A stretch of 64,000 bases of DNA from an uncultured Acidimicrobiales bacterium (GCA_963846125.1 CAWJUR010000001.1:182835-246834); one strand, 5' to 3'; shown: positions 53,893 to 62,412, counted from the stretch's first letter. A program made the numbers and translations. The notes: generated by a model not told the origin, from the letters alone.

Positions 53893-53938
53893 GAGCAGCC
53901 CCAACGGGATTCGAACCCGTGTCTCCACCTTGAGAGGG
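53893..53938 (-). other. Distal attachment-site repeat: orphan copy of the 3-prime 43 nt of tRNA-Glu(CUC) plus 3 flanking nt
   Basis: 46/46 identity with 61739..61784 (gagcagccccaacgggattcgaacccgtgtctccaccttgagaggg). The sequences diverge on both sides. Confidence 0.9.
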
Positions 53939-53972
53939 GCACCGAGGACGAGTCTCCCACCAGCGACGATCT

Positions 53973-54329
53973 GTGAAAGTCCTGATAGACAGCCGTTTTG
54001 ACCTCTCAGCGTTTCTGGTCATTTTGCGTCATTTGTCAGCAGATGGGGCACGGAAGGGGCACGGAAGGGGCACGGAAGTGTCGGTCCGGCGGGCGGAGAA
54101 CCTCTTGCATCCCGCCGATATCGAACGTATGTTCCCCTCCGTGGACCGGCTGTCAGAACTCGAATCCATGCGTCGATCCATCGCCATGCTCAACCCTCGC
54201 ACGGCGAGGGTTCTCGACCGGGAAGAGGCCATGGCACTGCTCCAGGAGCTTCAGGACGTGCAACGCAGACTGTGGAGGCTGAGACACGAGATACGGAAGC
54301 TGTTGGATGATGCAAGTCCGGTACAGTGA
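53973..54329 (+). CDS. Hypothetical coiled-coil protein; start uncertain (alternative GTG 54078)
   Basis: ORF 53973..54329. The C-terminal SELESMRRSIAMLNPRTARVLDREEAMALLQELQDVQRRLWRLRHEIRKLL looks helical. The 11-bp repeat array ends exactly at GTG 54078. Confidence 0.35.
   Translation: MKVLIDSRFDLSAFLVILRHLSADGARKGHGRGTEVSVRRAENLLHPADIERMFPSVDRLSELESMRRSIAMLNPRTARVLDREEAMALLQELQDVQRRLWRLRHEIRKLLDDASPVQ
54045..54077. repeat. Three perfect tandem copies of an 11-bp unit (GGGGCACGGAA)
   Basis: Read directly: 54045..54055, 54056..54066 and 54067..54077, followed immediately by GTG. Confidence 0.95.
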
Positions 54330-54400
54330 TCGGACACAAGATCACGTGGGGCCACCGGAGCGAATTCTGAGTTGGGATTGACGAGCCGGATTAACGTGTC

Positions 54401-55655
54401 GTGACGATGAGAGTGCAGCATGTCGGTTCGACTCGTCTGAAGCCCTTGGTATGGGGGCTGTCCGCTCTCGTGGCCGTGACCACTCTCTTCGCCCTCCCCG
54501 GTGCGGGTCTGCCCCGAGCCTCGGCTGCGACGCCCAGTGTTCAGAACGCCTACGCCTTTCTCAACCAGATGATGGACCGCTACACCCACGGATCAACGCC
54601 CCGATTGGTACAGAGCTTCACCGGAGGAGCGCTCGGCAACGAGGGCTTCACCGACTCAGAAACCTACGACGACGCCCTCATTATCGACGCGTACCTAGCT
54701 GAGGGAACTCCCGATGGCCGCACGAGGGCATTAATCCTCGGGAACTCTTTGCTCATCGCACAGAGATACGACCCGGATCACGACGGTCGTATTCGAGCCG
54801 CGTACTCCCCGACTCCCCTCGTCACGATGAGGGGACACGGGCGCACGCGAACGAAAGTACGAATCAGAGACAAGACCAGTGATGTCGGCGACATGGCCTG
54901 GGCGGGAATGGCACTGACCCGCCTGTACGCGACAACCCACATCGCTTCCTATCTGACCGGTGCCGAAACCATCGGTGCATGGGTGGTACGGAACTCCTCC
55001 GATCAGCGTGGCGGGGGGATACACCGGTGGGAAGACCGCCAATGGGACCAGAATCCAGTGGAAGTCCACCGAGCACAACATCGACCTCTACGGGCTGTTC
55101 ACGATGTTGGCAGTCGAGTCCGGCAACCCTCAATGGTCAAGCGATGCGGCGCGAGCCAGGGCTTTAGTTGTGGCCATGTGGCATGCCAGTACGGGATCGT
55201 TCTACGTGGGGACGACGACAAATGGGGTGACGCCTAACGCCGCCGAGCAACCCGAGGACGTGAATAGCTGGTCATACCTGGCTCTGCGGGACCCGAGCTA
55301 CAGCGCCTCCATCGACTGGGATATGCAGCACCTGTCGGTGTCGGCCAGTGGCTTCAGCGGGGTGAGCTTCTGCCAGGGTGACAAGAGTGGGGTGTGGTTC
55401 GAGGGGACGGCTCACCTCGCCGATGCCCTTGCAGTCCGCCAAGCCAGCGGAGATGTGGCCCGAGCGACCCAGTACCTTTCCGACATCCAGTTTGCTCAAA
55501 CGAGCGGGCCGAATGGCGATGGACTTGGTGTTATCGCAGCGTCCAAGAATGGACTCAGCGACTGTGATGGTGACTTTTACTACTCGTCACTCCACACCGG
55601 AGCCACATCCTGGTACATCCTCGCCTCACAAGAGGTGAATCCCTTTGTAATCTGA
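54401..55655 (+). CDS. Secreted hypothetical protein (possible alpha/alpha-barrel glycoside-hydrolase-like), one frame break in a G6 run at 55013..55018
   Basis: Signal peptide (LSALVAVTTLFALPGAGLPRASA) in ORF 54401. It continues in ORF 54960 (GGYTGGKTANGTRIQWKSTEHNIDLYGLF...SWYILASQ). Confidence 0.65.
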
Positions 55656-55704
55656 CTCGTCTCGGACGGCCTCTCACGGTGGGGACGGCTTGGGGGTGGA
55701 TGGG

Positions 55705-56400
55705 ATGACGCGATTTGCCAGGAATGACCCTGCACTGGGCCGAACACTCCTTCTCGTGGTGGCGTTGGTAACTGCGGCTTGCACCGACACAGGCAGTCAC
55801 CCGAAGCCTGCGGCATCATCGGTTGCGTCCATGACCACCACCACCACCACCATCATCATCACCACACCTACGACGAATATCGCAGCAACCCAAGTGGTCA
55901 TATTCAACCCTTTCATTGCCAGCGGTCCAGGCCCGGGAGTGGTTGTCGCATTGCGTACGACCGCGCAATGCCACCCGGGGTCAGAGGGAGACAGCAGTCG
56001 CACCGATGCCTACCGATGCTTTCTTGACAAGACTGAGCCCAATGGCGGGAACATCGCAGACCCCTGTTTCACCAACCCGTTCAACTTCTCTGCTCCCTTG
56101 CTATGTTTCGTCAGCCCTGTGGACCTGCATGCCGTCCAGGTGGTTCCCGACGGCCCTCTACAGCAGAACACGGTCAGTCCAAACCCCGATCCCTGGACCT
56201 TGGTGCTCGCCGACGGTCAGACATGTGTGTTTACCCAGGGTGCGACGGCGGCGCTTGGAGGAAGACGCTTGAACTACGTGTGTCCACAAGGTGTCATCTA
56301 TGGAGACCCAGACCGTGGTTCCCAACCGTGGACCGACTTTTATCAGGCCAAGGGCTCCAACAACCTTGTCCAAGTGGCAGTAAAGGTCGCGTACACGTAA
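55705..56400 (+). CDS. Probable lipoprotein (hypothetical), Cys-rich
   Basis: MTRFARNDPALGRTLLLVVALVTAAC signal, then a Thr/Ile run encoded by an (ACC)n/(ATC)n microsatellite, then a domain with 8 Cys. Confidence 0.6.
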   Translation: MTRFARNDPALGRTLLLVVALVTAACTDTGSHPKPAASSVASMTTTTTTIIITTPTTNIAATQVVIFNPFIASGPGPGVVVALRTTAQCHPGSEGDSSRTDAYRCFLDKTEPNGGNIADPCFTNPFNFSAPLLCFVSPVDLHAVQVVPDGPLQQNTVSPNPDPWTLVLADGQTCVFTQGATAALGGRRLNYVCPQGVIYGDPDRGSQPWTDFYQAKGSNNLVQVAVKVAYT

Positions 56401-57240
56401 ACCAACGCGCTCGTCCCCCGCCGTGGAGGTGGGACCAGGCAGCGCTGTGTGCGACAGGACGTGTCGGAGAGGGGTTTACCCCATAGACACACGGACAGGT
56501 TGGGTCACCGAATGGGCGACCTAGCTGCTAGGTGGTCCGCAGTCTCCTTGGAGCATGCAGCACCATGCCCACCTGCCGTCGCCAGCCATCCCACGCCCAG
56601 CTGTCAAGACCGCAATAGCTCACCGCTCGACCGAAAGCTGTCACGTGCCCCCCGAGCGCCGCTCTCATCAGGTACTCGATGGACTCAGCCGATACTGGCC
56701 CAGATGCTCTGGGTCCTGAGGTGGAGTGATACATCTTGCCCGCAAGGCTACGACCTTCATTGAGGCTCGGCGGTGAACATCTCGACAGTGTCAGGCCACT
56801 GTGTGGCTCATCGAGAAGAGAACGACCGCCGGACACCGGGTTGCAGATTCACGCTTCGCTGGGTTTCGGGCATCCTCTGATCGGCGCAGTATCTTTCGAG
56901 CTTCTTCGACACGCCCTCGCTTGTCACGTTCGGTAGCAGATCCGCCGAGACTCCAGCACACCAGTTCTTGAAATCACTCCCCGCCACAACGCTCACGTTT
57001 CCGACTCGTCTGACCGCATTCTTCGGAGCCGTGAGCCGCCATCCCCACCACACGACCACTGGGGACACGTCGACACCGGGAAAGTCGCGCAACAAGAGCC
57101 CCGCACTCAACGCTCCCGCCAACATTCGAGGAACCACTGGTCATTCATCGGCAAATGTAGAGTGTTTGATCCGGTCCAACGACGACATCGGCCCCATCGC
57201 CCAGCGCCGCCCTCCATTTGCGAACGTACACAGCCCACGG

Positions 57241-57775
57241 CTACTCGTCCGTGGCGATGTGCCAGGTGTCGGGGTCCTTCACCCATTTGGTTAGGTGGTC
57301 TGGAGTAGGCACAAGGCCAAAACCCTCGTCCTCGGCCATCTCTTCAGCTTGCGCCCGGTTTCCGGGGACTCTCTCAAGGGGTCCGCTGGCATAGATTCGC
57401 TGGATCACTCGGGGAGCATTCCGGTGCCAGACGATGCTGACGAGTTCGCGCTCAGTCACCGACGCCCTGCTCCGCAGTCTGATCCCCGCCTCGACCCGGG
57501 CACGCCAAGGCCTCACGGTTGGGAGTTTCGCTAACCGAAACGCCGATGCCCCCCAGGGCCTTTGCCCGAAGCTCAATGATCTTCCTTCTCCGCATACGAG
57601 GGACCACAGCAGGTGCATGCAGTGTGCAGAAGTAGCCATCGTTGAAAATCGAAAGCTGCGACCCGCAATCGTTGTTCCCGCACACCCGGCCAGGTGCAAA
57701 CCTCCGTGGGGGCCGGTCGTGGTCGTTGAACGCCTCTACGTCGACGGTGCTTGTGGTCTGCGAGCGCTGTTGCAC
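57241..57775 (-). CDS. Hypothetical protein with an N-terminal Cys-rich (zinc-ribbon-like) motif, one apparent frame break near 57505
   Basis: ORF 57452..57775 (RVCGNNDCGSQLSIFNDGYFCTLH...) joins ORF 57241..57699 (..RVEAGIRLRSRASVTERELVSIVWHRNAPRVIQRIY...). I recognise no family. Confidence 0.35.
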
Positions 57776-58669
57776 CTACTTCACCTTCTGATCCCACGAA
57801 CGTCTGAGCCCGTTCAGTCCAAGGACGACAACGGACTCGACGTTGAGCGAGGAACTCGGGGCAAACGAGAGATTGGAGGTTCCAATCAGATCGCAACTTG
57901 CCACAGGAGTTGTCCACTCCGAGCGAGCCTTACCCCCCACGCCGCCCCATCGGAGGCATGACACTTCGACTGTGACATGAGATGATCGCTACGCATAGAG
58001 GAGAACGACACAACGAGCGAATGAAGTGGAGCAGGATGAGGGGCCGACGTTGCAGCACAAAGTGAGGACGACCTCACTGAATCCTGGCTAATGCAGCGTA
58101 AGCAAGAACGTGTTGCACGTCCTCCACAATGATTTCGCGAATACGAAATGGTTGTGTCTTCCGGCCCTACTGCATCCATGACATTGAGTGAAAGCCTGTG
58201 CAGTGCGGGGGCATGAGCACTCCGACGTTGCCGGGGAAGCCGTCGTGAATGCCCGGCTGTTCTGGTCGGTGTGGGGCTTGCAGCTTCGTGCCGCTCGGGA
58301 CAGCCGTCCCCTTGCCGTGAAGTAGCTGGTTTCAGGGGGAACTATGCGAAGTACATCATTATTGGAGTGTTCGGGGAGCGTCGTGGTCCACCGGGACCAG
58401 TCTGTGTCCTGCACCGACGACACTTGCCCGAGGGACCTGCCCAAGGCGCTGTGGTTCAGTCTCCACAGGTCGTTCGTGAGGTGCAGCACCGCGCTCGGGG
58501 GTGAAGGGTGTCTGTATTGCGAGTTCGACGCACCTGTCCGAGCAGAGACACGACGGTGGCAGCCAGAGTGATCAGGGCCGAGCGTCAAACTCCGTCGCTT
58601 GTACCTTGCCCTCCGAGAAGAGCACGCGCCTTGGCACGAGTGTCGCCCCGGCGACCTGAGGGGGGGCCA

Positions 58670-58987
58670 TCAGGTCGCCGGGGACAACACCCTCACGCGG
58701 TATGGCCCCGTTGGGTTCTCCCATCGCTGCCAACACCCGTTCCCGCTCCAACGCCTGTTGAGCGGCGTCGGTAGAACTCCTCCCCTGTCCTTGCTCGAAG
58801 GGTGGTCGAAGTACGGCACTCGGACTTCCCGCCATCGGCCCGGGTCGTACACACGCCCGTGACCAACGAGACACTTTCGTGCCTTCGCCTTGGGGATAAC
58901 AAGAGGATGACGCTGTGGATTCTGTGAGTCCTGGTCGGGCCAGAAGTTGCACCTGACGCTACGCTCAGCCCGCCTTGGCGAGCGCAT
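58670..58987 (-). CDS. Hypothetical basic protein (105 aa), possibly frame-broken; downstream partner of the 48-aa ORF
   Basis: ATG preceded by GAGGGGA. NFWPDQDSQNPQRHPLVIPK weakly recalls the PemK/MazF N-terminal motif, which is not a secure assignment. Confidence 0.3.
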   Translation of the reverse strand: MRSPRRAERSVRCNFWPDQDSQNPQRHPLVIPKAKARKCLVGHGRVYDPGRWREVRVPYFDHPSSKDRGGVLPTPLNRRWSGNGCWQRWENPTGPYRVRVLSPAT

Positions 58988-59008
58988 TTCCCCTCTGCAT
59001 TGGCCTCA

Positions 59009-59155
59009 TCAGATCGGCATCTGATCCTTGATCAAACCAAGCTGATCATCCTCAAAGACGCGCCGTTGAGCGATACGGTCGGCCTCGAAGCCGACGAAGT
59101 TCTGACCCGCCTCTCCGTCAGCGCGCATGTCGTCCCCAGTCACATTCAGTTCCAT
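59009..59155 (-). CDS. Small acidic hypothetical protein (48 aa), not in the ORF track
   Basis: MELNVTGDDMRADGEAGQNFVGFEADRIAQRRVFEDDQLGLIKDQMPI. AAGGG lies about 10 nt upstream, and the ORF ends 21 nt before the next ORF. Confidence 0.3.
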   Translation of the reverse strand: MELNVTGDDMRADGEAGQNFVGFEADRIAQRRVFEDDQLGLIKDQMPI

Positions 59156-59836
59156 CGTTCAGCACCCTTAGTGCGCGTGATCGAAGTAGACCGGGCTGAA
59201 AACCACAGGGCATAAAGAACGCGATAACGAGTCCACCAGCTATTTCTAGGTAAGGCCATAAGCACCCTCAACAATCGTCAAGCGGGGCAATCCCACGGGG
59301 TCCGGTTCCTCTCCGCATCGAGGGCTGCGCCATTGCGGGGGGCATGGCACGGGTCAATCGCATGCGGAAAGGAACCGGAGAAGTGTCGGTCAACGCTCAC
59401 TCTCGCGATGGGACCGGATGACTGCTGAGATGTGTGCGGTCGCCCTTGGGCCGAGCGGAGACAATGGGTGGCTGGAATCGCCCCGGTGTTACACATCCCG
59501 CTTCCCCCTGACCGCCGTCACAATGCTCGACGCTTTGCATCGCCAGGGTCCGGGGCAACGATCACGCTGGCAGGACCCACTGGGTCTCAGCCGCACTTGG
59601 TGGCTATTCCTATCACCAGCAGCAGCGCACTGCACGGGCGACGCGAGATCGGTGGAGGACACTTCGGCCTAGCATTTACAGTGAATCTGAGGCATCCAGG
59701 CATGGTCCAAACCCCAGGTCTGCTTCGGAACGTAAACCTCTAGGGGCACACAAAGTGGCGTCTGTGCTACCGTAAGAAGGCTGAAGGGTCCCAGACCCCG
59801 CCTCTTTCGCTCCCTGGCCGATGGCCGGGCAACGAG

Positions 59837-60115
59837 ATGGAGGCACAAGAAATGGGTTTAGCAGGAATGGTCTTCAGCATGATCTCAATCGCGGCGGGTG
59901 CCGTGATGTATTGGGCGGTGACCTCTCAGGGTCACGGCTTCCGGCTGTCCACGGTGGGCGTCATCCTCATGGTCGTCGGAGCGGTGGGTCTGGTCATCTC
60001 GACGGTCATCTTCGCCACGTCCCGTCGACCGGTCGGCGGTCGGGATCGCACCTACGACAAGCAAGTGACCGACACTGCCGGTCGCACCTCCGAGGTGCAT
60101 GAGGAAGTTCACTAA
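59837..60115 (+). CDS. Small two-TM membrane protein (DUF6458-like)
   Basis: GMVFSMISIAAGAVMYWAV...GFRLSTVGVILMVVGAVGLVISTVIF. Confidence 0.6.
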   Translation: MEAQEMGLAGMVFSMISIAAGAVMYWAVTSQGHGFRLSTVGVILMVVGAVGLVISTVIFATSRRPVGGRDRTYDKQVTDTAGRTSEVHEEVH

Positions 60116-60206
60116 CCCGCTTCGGTCACGACCCGTTTCGCGACGTTGAGAACCGGAGCGCGCGGGCATTCCAATCCCAGAACAAACCAAGGAGCACACG
60201 AGCGTC

Positions 60207-60488
60207 ATGAGAAACGTCTGGAAAGGTCTCATCGTCGGTGCATTGACGGGGATGGTCGGTGGCTCAGCCATGGATATGGCGTCTGCGGCCCGGCGCAGGA
60301 CGGCTGAGGTAGCTCATGACGTGATTGACAAGGCCCCATCGGTAGCAAAGGCGGCGACTCACAAGGCTGCCGACATGCTCCATGACGCCGATGTCCCTGC
60401 AAAGGTGCGGGATGCGGCGGTGCAGGTCGGTGACTCCGACATAGCGAAGAAGACCAAGAGAGTGGCGAGACAGGCAGCGGCGGGCTGA
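60207..60488 (+). CDS. Small membrane-anchored hypothetical protein (93 aa)
   Basis: N-terminal TM helix (GLIVGALTGMVGGSAM) followed by an Ala/Lys-rich helix. Confidence 0.5.
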   Translation: MRNVWKGLIVGALTGMVGGSAMDMASAARRRTAEVAHDVIDKAPSVAKAATHKAADMLHDADVPAKVRDAAVQVGDSDIAKKTKRVARQAAAG

Positions 60489-60541
60489 GGACACTGGCGT
60501 AGAAAGACGAAGCATAACTAACACGTGGTTCGGGAGGCTCC

Positions 60542-60697
60542 ATGATCATGCTCGGCGTCGTTCTTCTAATCATTGGGTTCGTGGCGATGATTCCCATTGT
60601 TTGGTCCATCGGAGTCATTGTGCTCGTCATTGGACTGGCCCTCTGGCTCCTCGGGGCAGTGGGTCACGCAGTGGGAGGTCGACGACACTATTACTAA
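60542..60697 (+). CDS. Small two-TM hydrophobic protein (51 aa), not in the ORF track
   Basis: MIMLGVVLLIIGFVAMIPIVWSIGVIVLVIGLALWLLGAVGHAVGGRRHYY. GGGAGG lies upstream of the ATG. Confidence 0.5.
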   Translation: MIMLGVVLLIIGFVAMIPIVWSIGVIVLVIGLALWLLGAVGHAVGGRRHYY

Positions 60698-60783
60698 CGG
60701 TGGGCCTTTGAGCGACCCATGGAAGAAGCCACTAATAACGAGACGATTCGGCGTATCCCTTCGTTCATGCTTGTGCCCGTCGA

Positions 60784-61116
60784 CTAGCTCTTCGAGTCGC
60801 CTGAGTTGAAGAATGTCGCGAAGCTGCCCGCCACCACTGTGATGACGAAGACGGCCCACACCTCTAGTCCGATATCGACGATCCTGCCAGGCCACGTCAG
60901 CGGGTTCTTGATCTGGGACGAAACGGTCAGCATTTGCACGACAGCGAAAAAGGCAGCATCACCGAAGCCGTTGATGTCACCGCCCTTGTGCCCGCTCTCA
61001 AACGCCCAAGTCAGCACCGTGCCGCCGACGAAAACCACGATGGACAGCCCGAGAGCCAGTAACAGGCGAGCCAGCAGGCGTCGGTGGCGCTCTTCAATCG
61101 TGAGCAGTCTCGACAT
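60784..61116 (-). CDS. Two-TM ion-channel (potassium-channel fold, Ion_trans_2-like) protein with a non-canonical selectivity filter
   Basis: TM1, then the pore helix FGDAAFFAVVQMLTV, then TVSSQIK where TVGYGD is expected, then NPLTWPGRIV and TM2. I chose ATG 61116 within ORF 60784..61206. Confidence 0.6.
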   Translation of the reverse strand: MSRLLTIEERHRRLLARLLLALGLSIVVFVGGTVLTWAFESGHKGGDINGFGDAAFFAVVQMLTVSSQIKNPLTWPGRIVDIGLEVWAVFVITVVAGSFATFFNSGDSKS

Positions 61117-61284
61117 TTCTTCTCGTATCACGACGCAGTCTCCTTTCGCCCTGCGGGGCTCGGCAAGAGGGCGTCTGATGATGCCTCGGCGGACCATGGG
61201 AGGCAAGGGCTCTGTCCCAGAGTGCGAGACTGCGGCACGATGTGGTCTTCATGTGAGTGGTTCACCGATGCGAGATTGCCTGGG

Positions 61285-61520
61285 GACGGTGAGACCTATC
61301 GTTGGAGTCCTACACTTTCACGACCTCAGGCACACGGGGTTGACTCTGGTCGCCATTACTGGAGCCACCACCGCCGAGATCATGGCCGCAGGAGGCCACG
61401 ACAGCCCGGCTGCCGCTATCCGGCATCAGCACGCCAGCCGGGAGCGCAGGACCGCTATCGCTGATGCTCTGGCGGCGATGGCAGATGGCCGCATCGAGCC
61501 TTTGTCGCCAAAGAAGGGGC
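61285..61520 (+). pseudogene. Tyrosine recombinase/integrase remnant (C-terminal box II only)
   Basis: LHFHDLRHTGLTLVAITGATTAEIMAAGGHDSPAAAIRHQHASRERRTAIADALAAM. The N-terminal two-thirds is absent. The position of the catalytic Tyr reads His (CAT 61424..61426), and there is no stop before the tRNA. Confidence 0.75.
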
Positions 61521-61741
61521 ACGCGGGGGGCACGGCACCTGTCGAGGACGTCCGCGACGCGGACGTGAAGGAGTCATCGACGAGTGTGTCGAACCACCCA
61601 AACCGGACGCATCGTGCGAGACGGCATCGTCAAAGAAGGCGTAGCTCTCCTGGTCAGGGCACCAGTACTGAGGAACGCACACGTTCACCCTCGACTCAAG
61701 ACAGCGGCTTAGAAGAGACGACATCTAACCCGAGAAATGAG

Positions 61742-61814
61742 CAGCCCCAACGGGATTCGAACCCGTGTCTCCACCTTGAGAGGGTGGTGTCCTCGGCCAC
61801 TAGACGATGGGGCC
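61742..61814 (-). tRNA. tRNA-Glu (anticodon CUC)
   Basis: Manual cloverleaf: acceptor GGCCCCA/TGGGGCT (G1-U72), D arm GTCTAGTGGCCGAGGAC, anticodon arm CCACC-CTCTCAA-GGTGG, T arm ACGGG-TTCGAAT-CCCGT, discriminator G. CCA is not encoded. Confidence 0.9.
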
Positions 61815-61940
61815 CGGCACCCTTTCGGGTCGAGTCAGACTATCCGATCAGTCGAGATCCCCAACCGGCTCCGCGTCTCACCGTGACGTCCAGCCATGCC
61901 GCACCCGAGCTCCACCGCAGTGGAGATCCGAGAGGAAAAT

Positions 61941-61985
61941 TGGCTCGGAGGGAGGACTCGAACCCCCGTCGCCGCTGTCCGACCC
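61941..61985 (-). other. Orphan tRNA-like 3-prime element (variable-arm-like hairpin, T arm, acceptor 3-prime strand, CCA) without a matching 5-prime half
   Basis: The reverse strand reads GGUCGGACAGCGGCGAC-GGGGG-UUCGAGU-CCUCC-CUCCGAG-CCA. No complementary CUCGGAG lies within 70-100 nt upstream. Confidence 0.45.
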
Positions 61986-62155
61986 CGTCCAGGTGGTGCC
62001 TCGGAGGCCCAGGTCAGGCCCGGATTCCGTGGTGCGTTCCGAAGGTGCGCTTGTCAGCGCCCCCGCGGCGGGCGCCCCACTGAGTGACGACACCCCGTAG
62101 ACCGCCACGACGGGGTCTCGAGCCGGGTTGACGCGACCGACAGTCAGGAGCGCAA

Positions 62156-62410
62156 CTACTCGGAACGCCACCGCCGATAGAGATCAGTCAGGTCTGCTCT
62201 TGCCTCGGGGGTCAGATCCTCTGGCTCGATCTGGCCGGCCAACCGAATGGTCATCTTGATTTGTTCCAGGTAGGCAGCACAGTTGGGACACGCCTTGAGA
62301 TGGGCCTCGAATCGGCGTCGATCTCGACGCGACAGAGCTCCTTCCAGATAGTCGGTCACCAGTTCAACCGCTTGCTGACACACGATGTCTCTCCGGCGCA
62401 GCGACAACAC
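62156..62410 (-). CDS. Zinc-binding anti-sigma factor (ZAS family)
   Basis: The HLKACPNC (Hx3Cx2C) motif. The GTG start lies 2 nt after the stop of the ECF sigma gene. Confidence 0.85.
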   Translation of the reverse strand: MLSLRRRDIVCQQAVELVTDYLEGALSRRDRRRFEAHLKACPNCAAYLEQIKMTIRLAGQIEPEDLTPEARADLTDLYRRWRSE

Positions 62411-62412
62411 CG

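Larger units (their letters stand above)
53893..61784. mobile_element. Decayed integrative genomic island (about 7.8 kb) inserted in the 3-prime half of tRNA-Glu(CUC)
   Basis: Bounded by 46-bp direct repeats. A tyrosine-integrase remnant lies just inside the tRNA-proximal end. The interior is AT-richer and carries hypothetical, broken or short genes. Confidence 0.8.

Noticed and set aside
56400-58600. Several ORFs of 60-166 aa, including 56528..56836, 56808..57137 (with faint NERD-like strings upstream) and 58088..58588.
   Set aside because: The reading frames are mutually overlapping, with poor composition and no secure motifs. This is most likely eroded pseudogene material inside the island. 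Only 57241..57775 was kept, at low confidence.
62009-62024. The string CCAGGTCAGGCCCGGA on the + strand resembles the 5-prime side of SRP RNA helix 8 (CCAGGUCAGGUCCGGAAGGAAGCAGC).
   Set aside because: The obligatory 3-prime side (GGAAGCAGC-like, with the GNRA tetraloop context) is absent on either strand. The match is judged to be chance.
61941-62045. A complete tRNA (Ser, Leu or Sec type) or a tmRNA tRNA-like domain.
   Set aside because: No 5-prime acceptor strand complementary to CUCCGAG was found. There is no UCA, Ser or Leu anticodon loop with U33 and a closing 5-bp stem. There is no GGGG...UCCACCA tmRNA-type terminus or tag-peptide reading frame. It is kept only as an orphan tRNA-like element.
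60806-62083. A 425-aa + strand ORF.
   Set aside because: It is antisense to the ion-channel gene at its 5-prime end. It contains the integrase box II relic in the middle and then reads straight across tRNA-Glu and the tRNA-like element. It is an artefact of a stop-free high-GC frame.
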